From NCBI GenBank assembly GCA_038998335.1, contig JAVZHQ010000002.1:1-64000 (forward strand): a stretch of DNA of 64,000 bases, read 5' to 3'. Numbering within the stretch: the first letter of the stretch is position 1; every line of letters begins with the position of its first letter. Of this stretch, positions 49,694 to 59,039 are shown in pieces. The position numbers were made by a program, and so were the translations under genes. The stretch comes from Candidatus Aenigmatarchaeota archaeon (GTDB taxonomy: Archaea > Aenigmatarchaeota > Aenigmatarchaeia > CG10238-14 > SCSR01). The notes below the pieces were generated by a model that was not told where the DNA came from, searched no databases, and saw only the letters and a program-made list of their open reading frames with translations.

Positions 49694-49734
49694 AAAACTA
49701 ATTCTTTTATCCACAAATTTTATTAGGTGGGAAA

Positions 49735-51180
49735 GTGGCTGAACAAGAAGGTATAACAGTAAAGAAAAATGAAAATTTTTCTGAGTGGTATACCCAAGTT
49801 GTGTTAAAATCGAAGTTAGCTGATTATGGACCTGTTCAAGGGACAATTGTTTTCAGGGAATACTCTTATGAAATCTGGGAAAAGATTCAATCGATTTTTG
49901 ATAAAATGATTAAAAACACTGGACATAAAAATGCTTACTTTCCTTTATTAATTCCTGAAAGTTTTCTCAAGAAAGAAGCTGAGCATTTTAAAGGCTTTGT
50001 TCCAGAAGTTTTTTGGGTAACTCATGCAGGTGATGATAAGCTTGGTGAAAGACTAGCTATTAGACCTACATCAGAAACTATAATCTACTATTTTTTCTCT
50101 AGGTGGATAAGAAGTTGGCGCGATTTACCTGTTTTATTAAATCAATGGTGTAACATCTTAAGGGCTGAAATAAAATCCACTAAACCTTTTATCAGAACTT
50201 CGGAATTCTTGTGGCAAGAAGGCCACACAGCACATGCAACAAAAGAGGAAGCAGACAAGGAAGTTATGCTCATCTTAAATTTCTATAAAGATTTGATTGA
50301 AAATTATTTAGCAATTCCTGTATTGGTTGGTAAAAAAACAGAAAGAGAAAAGTTTGCTGGAGCTCTGTATACAACAACACTCGAAGCAATAATGCCTGAC
50401 GGTAAAGCTTTGCAGATGGGAACTTCCCATAACTTAGGGCAAAACTTCTCCAAACCTTTTGAAATAAAATTTATGGATAAAGACAAAAAGGAAAAGTATG
50501 TTTGGACAACTTCTTGGGGAATAGCTACTCGTTTAATCGGGGCAATTATTATGGCTCATGGTGATGACAAAGGTTTAATAATTCCTCCAAAAGTTGCTCC
50601 TTATAAAGTAGTTATAGTTCCCATTTATTACAAAGAAAAAGAGAAGGAAAAAATAATGAAGAAATGTAGCGAAGTTCAGGAGATTTTACAGAGAAATAGT
50701 ATTGAGACTATTTTTGACAAAAGAGAAGAGTATACTCCTGGTTGGAAGTTTAACGAATGGGAGCTTAAAGGTATACCTTTAAGAATCGAAATAGGGCCAA
50801 AGGATGTTGAGAAAAAGCAAATAGTTTTGGTAAGAAGAGATACAAACGAGAAAATTGTAGCAAAAGAAAAGGAAATAGTAGAAAAAACTCTTTATCTTTT
50901 GGAAGAAATTCAAAAAAATCTTTTTAAAAAAGCAAAGAAGTTTCTTGAAGAGCATATAACAACAGTAAAAGATTACAAAGAATTTAAAGAAAAGTTAGAA
51001 GAAAAAGGTGGTTTCATAAGAGCTTGCTGGTGTGAAAGTGAAGAGTGTGAAGCAAAAATCAAAGAAGAAACTGGTGCAACTATCAGGCTAATACCTTTTG
51101 AAAAAGAAAAGATTTTTTCAAGTTGTGTTTATTGCGGTAAAAAAGCAAAGAAAGTTGCTTACTTTGCAAAATCTTATTAG
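49735..51180 (+). CDS. proS: Prolyl-tRNA synthetase (archaeal/eukaryote type)
   Basis: IRPTSET, FIRTSEFLWQEGHT, QMGTSH, C-terminal zinc domain ending AKSY. Confidence 0.97.
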   Translation: MAEQEGITVKKNENFSEWYTQVVLKSKLADYGPVQGTIVFREYSYEIWEKIQSIFDKMIKNTGHKNAYFPLLIPESFLKKEAEHFKGFVPEVFWVTHAGDDKLGERLAIRPTSETIIYYFFSRWIRSWRDLPVLLNQWCNILRAEIKSTKPFIRTSEFLWQEGHTAHATKEEADKEVMLILNFYKDLIENYLAIPVLVGKKTEREKFAGALYTTTLEAIMPDGKALQMGTSHNLGQNFSKPFEIKFMDKDKKEKYVWTTSWGIATRLIGAIIMAHGDDKGLIIPPKVAPYKVVIVPIYYKEKEKEKIMKKCSEVQEILQRNSIETIFDKREEYTPGWKFNEWELKGIPLRIEIGPKDVEKKQIVLVRRDTNEKIVAKEKEIVEKTLYLLEEIQKNLFKKAKKFLEEHITTVKDYKEFKEKLEEKGGFIRACWCESEECEAKIKEETGATIRLIPFEKEKIFSSCVYCGKKAKKVAYFAKSY

Positions 51181-51241
51181 TTTAATGAATTATATTAACC
51201 TCTTTACTTCTAACATACTCTTCAGGTTGGCTGCTATTACT

Positions 51242-51940
51242 TTAACAAAACCCTGGTCTATCGTTTAGCTTATAAACTATATTTCCTTTCGCTTCTGTCA
51301 CAATTAAAGGTGGAGAAATTGGATTATGGCCGTGCTCTACAGTTATTATTGTTGGAATTTTAGAAGCTATGAGAGCTAAGGCAACAGCGTTTGTAGAAAT
51401 ATTCTCATTTTCAAAGACATACGTCTCTTTCATTTTTAGATCGTCTCCTGCTGAGCCACCGCTAAACTTGATATGACTACCTAATGTTCTTATCGTAGCA
51501 GTTACAATTTCCTCTCCCTTCCCAGCCAAACCATCATGTAAGTTTATCGCTGATAAATAAGGATAATTCTCTACATAACTAGGAAATTGTTTAGTAGCTT
51601 CTTTTAACGCTTCCATTTCATTTTCTCTTACCCCTTTTCCCAAACCTGTGAAAAATTTATGAGTATCGCTAGAGATAAGAGCTAGAGCCACACTTCCTTT
51701 ATAAATAGCTTCTTCCGTGAATTCTCCTGCAGAAGAACAACCAATAAGCTTTGCTTCTCTTCCTATAACTTCTCTTATTCCTTCTATAACTTTTTTATAA
51801 TCGTATTCTGAAGAACTGAAAACTAATGCAAAATCTGGCTTTTTTCCTTCTAGTTTTTCTAAAGCTTTAGTCGCTACTTCCCTTCCCACCTCTAAGGAAT
51901 CTTTCCCTTTAACTATACTTGTAACAAACTTGGTTGCCAT
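51242..51940 (-). pseudogene. FIST-domain sensor, apparently truncated (FIST_N only)
   Basis: GCSSAGEF, GGSAGDDL, HG..PISPP...VT.A.GN; ends just where FIST_C should begin. Confidence 0.6.
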
Positions 51941-52034
51941 AAATTTTATTTAAGCTTTTTTATTTTTGAAATTAAAATTGGTTAAACGAAAGATATTTAA
52001 ATTAAATCACATAATTATTTTTAGCTGTTCTTTG

Positions 52035-52679
52035 GTGAACTATTTGAAACCTAAAATAAGAACAACAGGAACAACAACAGTAGGAATAGTTTGTAAGGAA
52101 GGGGTAGTGCTAGCTGCTGAGAAAAAGTCTACTATGGGGTATTTAGTAGCTAGCAAAGAAAGTGTTAAAATTTTGCCTATAGAGGACAACATAGCAATAA
52201 CTATAGCAGGAGCTAGTGGAGATGCTCAAGCTTTAGTAAGATACATGAAAGCTGAATGCAGACTTTTTGAGATTCAAAACAATAGAAAAATTTCTGTTCA
52301 AGCTGCTGCAACACTTCTAGCAAATATTTTATATTCTGGAAGATGGACGTTTTTACCTTACATGGTTCAACTGATAATTGCAGGTTATGATGATTCTGGT
52401 CCTTCCATTTATACTCTTGACGCAATTGGCTCTGTAGAAGAGGAAAAAAGGTTTTTCTCTACAGGCTCAGGCTCGCCAATAGCCTTAGGTGTTTTGGAAG
52501 ATAAGTACAAGGATGGTATTTCTTTAAGCGAAGGGATAAAGCTTGCTGTCCAAGCAATTAAAGCTGCTATAGAGCGTGATATAGCATCTGGAGGAAAAAG
52601 TATTGATGTTGCTGTCATAACTAAAGATGGTTTTAAGTTACTTGGAAAAGAAGAAATTGAAAAAATAACGAAACAGTAA
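52035..52679 (+). CDS. psmB: Proteasome beta subunit
   Basis: TG/TTTVG propeptide junction, TGSGS, RDIASGG; start uncertain. Confidence 0.95.
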   Translation: MNYLKPKIRTTGTTTVGIVCKEGVVLAAEKKSTMGYLVASKESVKILPIEDNIAITIAGASGDAQALVRYMKAECRLFEIQNNRKISVQAAATLLANILYSGRWTFLPYMVQLIIAGYDDSGPSIYTLDAIGSVEEEKRFFSTGSGSPIALGVLEDKYKDGISLSEGIKLAVQAIKAAIERDIASGGKSIDVAVITKDGFKLLGKEEIEKITKQ

Positions 52680-52688
52680 AATTCTAAA

Positions 52689-54566
52689 GTGAATAAAATG
52701 GAAATTCTCGAAAAAGTTAAGAATATACTGCCAAAAGAAGCGATAAGTAAGGTAGAGCTAGAAGGTTCAGAGATAATAGTTTACACAAAGGATAAGGATT
52801 TCTTCGTAGAGCATGAAGAAGTAGTAAAAAAAGCAGTAGAGGAATTGAAGAAAAGAATAGAAATAAGACCTGAAAGCGATTTATGCTTAGACCAAGAGTA
52901 TACAAAAGAAAAGATAATGGAAATAGTTCCAAAAGAAGCTAACATAAAAAACATTTATTTTGAACCAGAGCGTAGCATAGTTATAATTGCTGCAGAAAAG
53001 CCTGGTTTGGTCATAGGAAAAGGTGGGGAAACTTTCAAACAGATTAAAAAAGAGACCTTTTGGGTCCCGAGAATTGAGAGAGTCCCGCCCATAAAATCTG
53101 ATATTATAGAAGGGATAAGAAAGGTTATTCACACAGAAGTGAAATTTAGAAAAGAGTTCTTGAATAAAATAGGTGAGCAAATTTTTTCTGAAAGAAAAAC
53201 TAACAGAGATTGGATAAGAGTTATTGGTTTAGGTTCTTGTAGAGAAGTTGGAAGAAGTTGCTTTTTGATAGAAACACCAAAGTCAAAAGTTTTGATAGAT
53301 TGTGGAATTAATGTGGGGGGAACTAATTCAAGTATTTTTCCTTACTTCCAGACTAAGGAGTTTGATTATAATGAGCTAGATGCTATAATAGTTTCTCACG
53401 CTCATCTAGACCATTTAGGCTGCGTACCAATGCTTTATGAGCATGGTTATGATGGGCCATTATACCTAACTACTCCAACAATAGATTTAGCAACTCTCCT
53501 TTGGCTTGATTACATTGATGTTATGCAAAAAAATGCTGTTAACCCTTTATTTACTGCTCGTGGTGTAAAAGAAGCAGTAAAGCATAGCATTTCTTTAGAG
53601 TATGGGGAAGTTTCTGACGTTGCTCCTGACGTAAGGCTTACTTTTCAGAATGCAGGACATGTTTTAGGTTCAGCTTTAATTCACTTGCATATTGGTGAAG
53701 GTTTGCACAATATTGTTTATGCTTGTGATATGAAGTTTGGGAAAACTCCTCTGCTTGAGCCAGCTTTCACAAATTTTCAAAGGGTTGAAACTCTAATAAT
53801 AGAAAGCACTTATGGTGGAACAAACGATATAATGCCTCCTCGTGACGAAGCAGAAAAGCAACTTGTGGAAATTATAAACAAAACTATGGAGAGAAATGGT
53901 ATAGCTTTGATTCCAAGTTTTGCAGTTGAAAGAGCTCAAGATGTTATGGCCATACTTGTCGAAAATAATTTTCAGTATCCTGTTTTTATTGACGGGATGA
54001 TTTGGGATGCTACAGGAATTTATACTGCTTATCCTGAGTACATGTCAAGAGTAACTCAAAGAAAAATTTTTAGCGGAAAAGATCCTTTTGTTAGCGATAT
54101 TTTTAAAAGAGTGGCTTCTCCTCAAGAAAGGGAAAAAGTTTTGGAGCAAAGGCCTTGTGTTATAATTTCAACATCTGGCATGCTAGTTGGTGGGCCAGCA
54201 ATAAACTACTTGCAAAACTTGGCAGAAGACCCAAAAAATACTTTAATATTTGTTGGTTATCAAGGTGAAGGAACCTTAGGAAGAAGAATTCAGAAAGGAT
54301 GGAAGGAAATTCCTATGAGAACAGAAAATGGAAAAACTATAGCTATTAATTTACAAATGGAAGTTCAGACTATAGATGGGTTGTCAGGACATTCTGACAG
54401 AAATCAGCTCTTAAGCTTTATTCACAGGTTAGCTTCCAAGCCTGATAAAGTGATAATTGCTCATGGTGAGAATCAAAAGGCTTTGGAATTGGCTAGAAGC
54501 ATTCATAAATTGTTTAGAGTAGAAACTGTTGCTCCTAGAAATTTGGAAGCAATAAGACTTAAATGA
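52689..54566 (+). CDS. fttA: aCPSF1/FttA beta-CASP ribonuclease, transcription termination factor
   Basis: N-terminal KH domains (PGLVIGKGG), HAHLDH, AGHVLGS, SGHSD; conserved adjacency to psmB. Confidence 0.95.
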   Translation: MNKMEILEKVKNILPKEAISKVELEGSEIIVYTKDKDFFVEHEEVVKKAVEELKKRIEIRPESDLCLDQEYTKEKIMEIVPKEANIKNIYFEPERSIVIIAAEKPGLVIGKGGETFKQIKKETFWVPRIERVPPIKSDIIEGIRKVIHTEVKFRKEFLNKIGEQIFSERKTNRDWIRVIGLGSCREVGRSCFLIETPKSKVLIDCGINVGGTNSSIFPYFQTKEFDYNELDAIIVSHAHLDHLGCVPMLYEHGYDGPLYLTTPTIDLATLLWLDYIDVMQKNAVNPLFTARGVKEAVKHSISLEYGEVSDVAPDVRLTFQNAGHVLGSALIHLHIGEGLHNIVYACDMKFGKTPLLEPAFTNFQRVETLIIESTYGGTNDIMPPRDEAEKQLVEIINKTMERNGIALIPSFAVERAQDVMAILVENNFQYPVFIDGMIWDATGIYTAYPEYMSRVTQRKIFSGKDPFVSDIFKRVASPQEREKVLEQRPCVIISTSGMLVGGPAINYLQNLAEDPKNTLIFVGYQGEGTLGRRIQKGWKEIPMRTENGKTIAINLQMEVQTIDGLSGHSDRNQLLSFIHRLASKPDKVIIAHGENQKALELARSIHKLFRVETVAPRNLEAIRLK

Positions 54567-54573
54567 AACTGTT

Positions 54574-54814
54574 ACAATATCTATATGAACCCCCACTGCT
54601 TACAACCTTCTAATTGTCTTTTTAAGTTTACTAGTTTTTTAACTTATTCATTAAAATTTCTTAACCATAAAGAATAAGTCCAGCACCTGAAATATCAACA
54701 GTTGCGCTATCTGGGCATGTATCACCTGCTGGATAGGAAGGACAGCCACCTTTTCTAAATTCTACAACCAAAAATCTGTAGTCACAATATCTATATGAAC
54801 CCCACTGCTTACAA
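54574..54814. repeat. About 31-bp direct repeat pair (54574-54605 and 54784-54814)
   Basis: ACAATATCTATATGAACCCC(C)ACTGCTTACAA; one copy intergenic, one within the 3' end of 54661-55800. Confidence 0.9.
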
Positions 54815-55800
54815 TCTCCAATTTCTCCTAAAGGTTTAAGAGTAAATTCGTTGCTTATAACTCTGCAAGTTCTTCGCCACTCTCCAGTATTACAACATGT
54901 CGCTGGAGGAATTGTTACAGTTGCAGCCTCTCCATCATCATAAAAATTGCCAGTTTCACGCTCATATTTTATATACCTTAATCTGGCTTCTACGCCGTTA
55001 CATTGTTCATAATAAAAGGTTGCACTACCATCAGGAATATCAATACGTAGTTGACCCCATCTTTCACCAGCCAAATCGGCCCAGAACCTTGCTTTTGTTC
55101 CATAAGGAATGGTTACTGTTGCTGCATATTTTGACCAACTGGTTGAACGTGTGTATTCGTAGGCGTTCCCTCCTCCGACATAACCACCACCAATCCTAAT
55201 AGGATAGAACCAAATTCCAGTAGGTGTATTACTGGTTAAGTTGCCAGAAACAACCAAATTATCCCACAAGCGTACTGTTCCGGTACCGCTTGAATGAGCG
55301 TCTATTATCAAATCTCCTGTATAACTTCTTAACCCCTTTCCACTATCCACATAAATGTCCCCTCCACTTACATGTAATTTTGCTTGAGGACTCGTTGTTC
55401 CGATTCCTACATTTCCACCGCTTGGATTTATTGCTAAAGGAAATGCTGCACTGTCTGTACTACGAAAGGCTTGCATCCAAACAGCCCAAGTACCTGTGTT
55501 AAGAGCACCGATATACAAGAAAACATCACCACCACCTACGGCAGCTACAGCTCTATCAACTCCAACATTCGAGTATCTTGGGCCATTAACACTCAAAGTT
55601 CTTACATCTAATGCTCCAAGAAAAGTGTACTTTCCAGAAGAAGCAAAGGTTCTTTCTGCATCGGTATCCCCTCCTATTTGACTTGCTGTATGCCCTGGGC
55701 TAGGAGCTCCTGGTCCAGGAGAAGCCAAGCTTGGAATATAGCCAACTATTAAACCTAGGGAAAAGATTAGCAAAAAGGATAAAATTAAAGCTTTTTTCAT
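54661..55800 (-). CDS. Secreted fibre/adhesin-like protein
   Basis: Signal peptide, GNVGIGTTSPQAKLHVSG motif typical of fibre-like proteins, Cys-rich C-terminal head. Confidence 0.75.
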   Translation of the reverse strand: MKKALILSFLLIFSLGLIVGYIPSLASPGPGAPSPGHTASQIGGDTDAERTFASSGKYTFLGALDVRTLSVNGPRYSNVGVDRAVAAVGGGDVFLYIGALNTGTWAVWMQAFRSTDSAAFPLAINPSGGNVGIGTTSPQAKLHVSGGDIYVDSGKGLRSYTGDLIIDAHSSGTGTVRLWDNLVVSGNLTSNTPTGIWFYPIRIGGGYVGGGNAYEYTRSTSWSKYAATVTIPYGTKARFWADLAGERWGQLRIDIPDGSATFYYEQCNGVEARLRYIKYERETGNFYDDGEAATVTIPPATCCNTGEWRRTCRVISNEFTLKPLGEIGDCKQWGSYRYCDYRFLVVEFRKGGCPSYPAGDTCPDSATVDISGAGLILYG

Positions 55801-55885
55801 AATTTATTATTTAATTTATTAATACTAATTTCTTACTTTTCTCGTAACCAATACTTTTAACTATTCAGAAAAACTAATTTAAATT

Positions 55886-56167
55886 ATGGGTAAAAAATTT
55901 TTACTGCTTATTCCAATTCTTATTGCTTGTTTGTTATTAATTTTATTGATTTGTTATTTTGGTTTTTTGAGAAAAAATTACGAACCAGAAATTCAAGAAA
56001 GAATGAAAGAATTTTTAATAGATAATCCAAACTCTACCGAAAGTTATGCAAGAGATGTAGTCATTCATGATTTAGCTATAGAAGAGAAAGACTCTAGTTT
56101 ATGCGAAAAAATAATTACTAATTGGTTAAAAGAAGATTGCCTGAATTTTTTCAAGGTGAATGAATGA
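55886..56167 (+). CDS. Small membrane-anchored protein
   Basis: N-terminal TM; D..LCEKI......DC motif. Confidence 0.7.
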   Translation: MGKKFLLLIPILIACLLLILLICYFGFLRKNYEPEIQERMKEFLIDNPNSTESYARDVVIHDLAIEEKDSSLCEKIITNWLKEDCLNFFKVNE

Positions 56168-57978
56168 AAAAAATTATTTTTTTAATTTTCATACCACTAC
56201 TTCTTGTTCCAAATTTAACTCTAGCTCTTACTTGCACTATTTCTACAAGTTGTAACGCGGTAACACTTTTTAAAATTTCATCTTTAACTAATGCTCATGC
56301 AGAATTGCCAGGGCAAACAAATTACGGATACTATGTTTGTTGCAACGAAAATGGTTTAGGAAATAGTTGTAGTGGAACTTATACAATAGTATTAAAACTT
56401 TCTTCTCAAACCAATGCTCATGTAGAAGAAAAAACTTACATAAACTATGTCAATTCAGTTTGTTTATCTTTATCTTCTGGGAGTATAGATTGTCAGTATG
56501 CTGATGATAATTGTAACAATCTTGGCTCTGATTATGTCTGTGTAGCTTCTATTTCTTCCAGAACAAATGCACATGTTGGTGATTGTAACGCATATTCAAG
56601 AAAAATATGCTGTAAAGCGGTAGTCTCAGGCCCGCCTACTTGTGTAAGAAGCAATCCTACAGTATCGATTATTCCGCAATCGCAATCAACTAGTGTAGCA
56701 GGAACTACTCTAACTTATACTGTTAGTATTATCAATAACGATAACTTAGCTTGCGGTTCCTCTATTTTCAGCTTGTCTGTGAATTGTCCTTCAGGTTGGA
56801 TTTGTAATTTAGCTCAGACTTCTCTTACTGTTTCACCAGGTGGGAACAGCAATTCAACTACAATAAATGTTACTTCACCTTTAACAGCCTCTCAAGGAAC
56901 TTATAGTTTTACAGTAAGAGCAACGAACAACAACGACCCTAGCTATTATGGGCAAGGAACCGGAAATTATACAATAACACCTTCTGTTAATTGTGTTGGT
57001 AATTTAAGCTTAAGCATTTCAGGCTCTGGTACTTGCACAGTAAACGCAAGGGTAACAGCTTCAAATTGCGATGGAAAAAGTTTTGATGTAAAAGATGAAA
57101 GTGGAAATATAAAATGCTCTGGAGTAATTTCAGGAAACAACTTTTTATACGATTGTGCTCCATGGGATGTTGTATCAAACGGGGGAATAACTTACACTTA
57201 TAAGCTGTTTGTAGATAATGTAGAGAATGATAGCGCCCAAGTTACTTGTAACCCTTCTGTTCTTGTTTGTAGTGGGGATATACAATTAACTCTAGATAAA
57301 ACTGTTGTCCCTCCTAGTGCTTCTGTAACACCTTCAGCTTCTGGATTATCAAATTGTGACGGGAAAAAGATATCTTTCAGAGATAACGCTTGCGGCTTAG
57401 GAAATGAAGTTTCTAGTTGTATTGTTAGCGGAAATGGTTGCCAAGGCTCATCATTTACTGCACCCTCTAGTGATGGTTTTTATCGTTACTATGCTTGCAT
57501 AGATAAGAATGAAAATGGAAACTTTAACGATCAAGGCGAAAGCGATGACGAAACTCTGCAAGTAGATTCTTCCTTACAAGCAGATTTTATAGCTTGGTTA
57601 GGAATGGAAGAAGTAAATGTTATTACACAACAAAATTTTCCCGTTTCTGTTTATGTTAAAAACACTGGAAGCTTAAAAGATAATTATGAATTTAAAGTTC
57701 AAACTTCTTCTTCAAACGTTCAAGCAAGAGTTTATGATAAAGAAATTTCAAACGTTTTTCCAGGTTCTGTAATTTCAACAAAAGTAGAAATAAAAGTTCT
57801 TGCTCTTTCTTCTCAAGAAGAAGTTAAAGTTAATGTAACTTCAAAAAGTTCAAGAGAAAGCAAAGAACTAACTATAACCCTAAAAATTGGAAGTAGTAGT
57901 ATGAGTGATTTGGATGTTTTATCTGTTCTTTTGATTATAGGTCTTTCGGTAATTTTTTTAATAAAAAGAATGCATTAG
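56164..57978 (+). CDS. Cys-rich surface protein with triple SxxTNAH repeat, Ig-like domains and C-terminal TM
   Basis: Signal peptide; SSLTNAH, SSQTNAH, SSRTNAH; MSDL then TM at the C-terminus. Confidence 0.85.
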   Translation: MKKIIFLIFIPLLLVPNLTLALTCTISTSCNAVTLFKISSLTNAHAELPGQTNYGYYVCCNENGLGNSCSGTYTIVLKLSSQTNAHVEEKTYINYVNSVCLSLSSGSIDCQYADDNCNNLGSDYVCVASISSRTNAHVGDCNAYSRKICCKAVVSGPPTCVRSNPTVSIIPQSQSTSVAGTTLTYTVSIINNDNLACGSSIFSLSVNCPSGWICNLAQTSLTVSPGGNSNSTTINVTSPLTASQGTYSFTVRATNNNDPSYYGQGTGNYTITPSVNCVGNLSLSISGSGTCTVNARVTASNCDGKSFDVKDESGNIKCSGVISGNNFLYDCAPWDVVSNGGITYTYKLFVDNVENDSAQVTCNPSVLVCSGDIQLTLDKTVVPPSASVTPSASGLSNCDGKKISFRDNACGLGNEVSSCIVSGNGCQGSSFTAPSSDGFYRYYACIDKNENGNFNDQGESDDETLQVDSSLQADFIAWLGMEEVNVITQQNFPVSVYVKNTGSLKDNYEFKVQTSSSNVQARVYDKEISNVFPGSVISTKVEIKVLALSSQEEVKVNVTSKSSRESKELTITLKIGSSSMSDLDVLSVLLIIGLSVIFLIKRMH

Positions 57979-57989
57979 TAGCTTATGTT

Positions 57990-58307
57990 TTATTCGATAT
58001 AATTTTTAACTGTCGCTTCAGTTATTATTCCAACATCTATTATCCTGCTGTAAATCAAGGTTTTATTCAGCAAAGAATCGTAAAGCCTTTGATTTTTTTG
58101 TAAGCAAAAGCAGTGATTATCTTTATCTATATGACTAAACTCTGTATCGGGAATAAACTCACAAAATTTTTTACAATTTTCTATTAATTGTGATTTAGAG
58201 TTTGGTAAAAAGGTGTTGCCTATGAAAATTCCAAGTAAAAAAATAGCTATTGCAAATATTGCATAAGCTAGATAATGCTTGATTTTAAAACTTGACATTT
58301 TTTTCAT
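57990..58307 (-). CDS. Small membrane-anchored Cys-containing protein
   Basis: TM then CKKFC...CFC. Confidence 0.7.
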   Translation of the reverse strand: MKKMSSFKIKHYLAYAIFAIAIFLLGIFIGNTFLPNSKSQLIENCKKFCEFIPDTEFSHIDKDNHCFCLQKNQRLYDSLLNKTLIYSRIIDVGIITEATVKNYIE

Positions 58308-58442
58308 AATTGTTTATTTCTTCTTATAAATTTATTGGTTTAAGGTGGAGAGTAGAAGTATGATTAAGAGTTTGTTTGACGGAAATGCAAAGTGCTTCTT
58401 TAAATTAAAATATATTTAGAAATTCCAAACCTAAATATAAAT

Positions 58443-59039
58443 ATGAGAAAAGCTTTACTTTTACCTGTAATCTTTCTTTTGACGATATCAGGTTTAATTT
58501 TATATCTACACTATCAAACAAAAACAGAAGAGCAATTGATAAAAGAGTGTATGGCCATAGCACAAGAAGATAGAAAGACATGTTTTCCAGGTTCTAGACC
58601 TTTCATCATTTGCAAAATTAACGGCAGCCAGATTATTAAAACAGAAAATTTGAGTGATATCAAATGTGGTGAAACTATAATGTATACAGTTAATTTAAAC
58701 TTAGCATCAAAATTACCCGAAAAATTTTATGCTTGTGCCTTGTATGATAAGTTGTTGAATGTAACGGAATGGCGTTGTATAGAACAAGTCTCATTTCCTG
58801 GTATGGCGAAAACATCTTATATAAACGGAAAAGTCTTGACTTGCCTTCATGTGCTTGAATCTAACTCAACCTCAATTATGTTTTTCTATAAGGGTGTTGT
58901 TCCAAACGTAACCAAAATAAATTTATTAGAATTTTATATTTTCCCTCCTGATGTTCCAGAAATCTCACAAAAATATTTTGAAAATAATCTTAATCTTGGA
59001 AAAAAAGTTTACGAGTTATACGGTAATGTAGTATGTTGA
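58443..59039 (+). CDS. Exported hypothetical protein
   Basis: N-terminal hydrophobic signal, several Cys. Confidence 0.7.
   Translation: MRKALLLPVIFLLTISGLILYLHYQTKTEEQLIKECMAIAQEDRKTCFPGSRPFIICKINGSQIIKTENLSDIKCGETIMYTVNLNLASKLPEKFYACALYDKLLNVTEWRCIEQVSFPGMAKTSYINGKVLTCLHVLESNSTSIMFFYKGVVPNVTKINLLEFYIFPPDVPEISQKYFENNLNLGKKVYELYGNVVC

Noticed and set aside
54574-54814. Diversity-generating retroelement TR/VR pair
   Set aside because: Too short, contains an indel, differences are not clearly adenine-specific, and no reverse transcriptase is in the window.
58350-58409. Tiny ORF MIKSLFDGNAKCFFKLKYI* after a GGTGGAG element
   Set aside because: 19 aa, no motif or supporting context.
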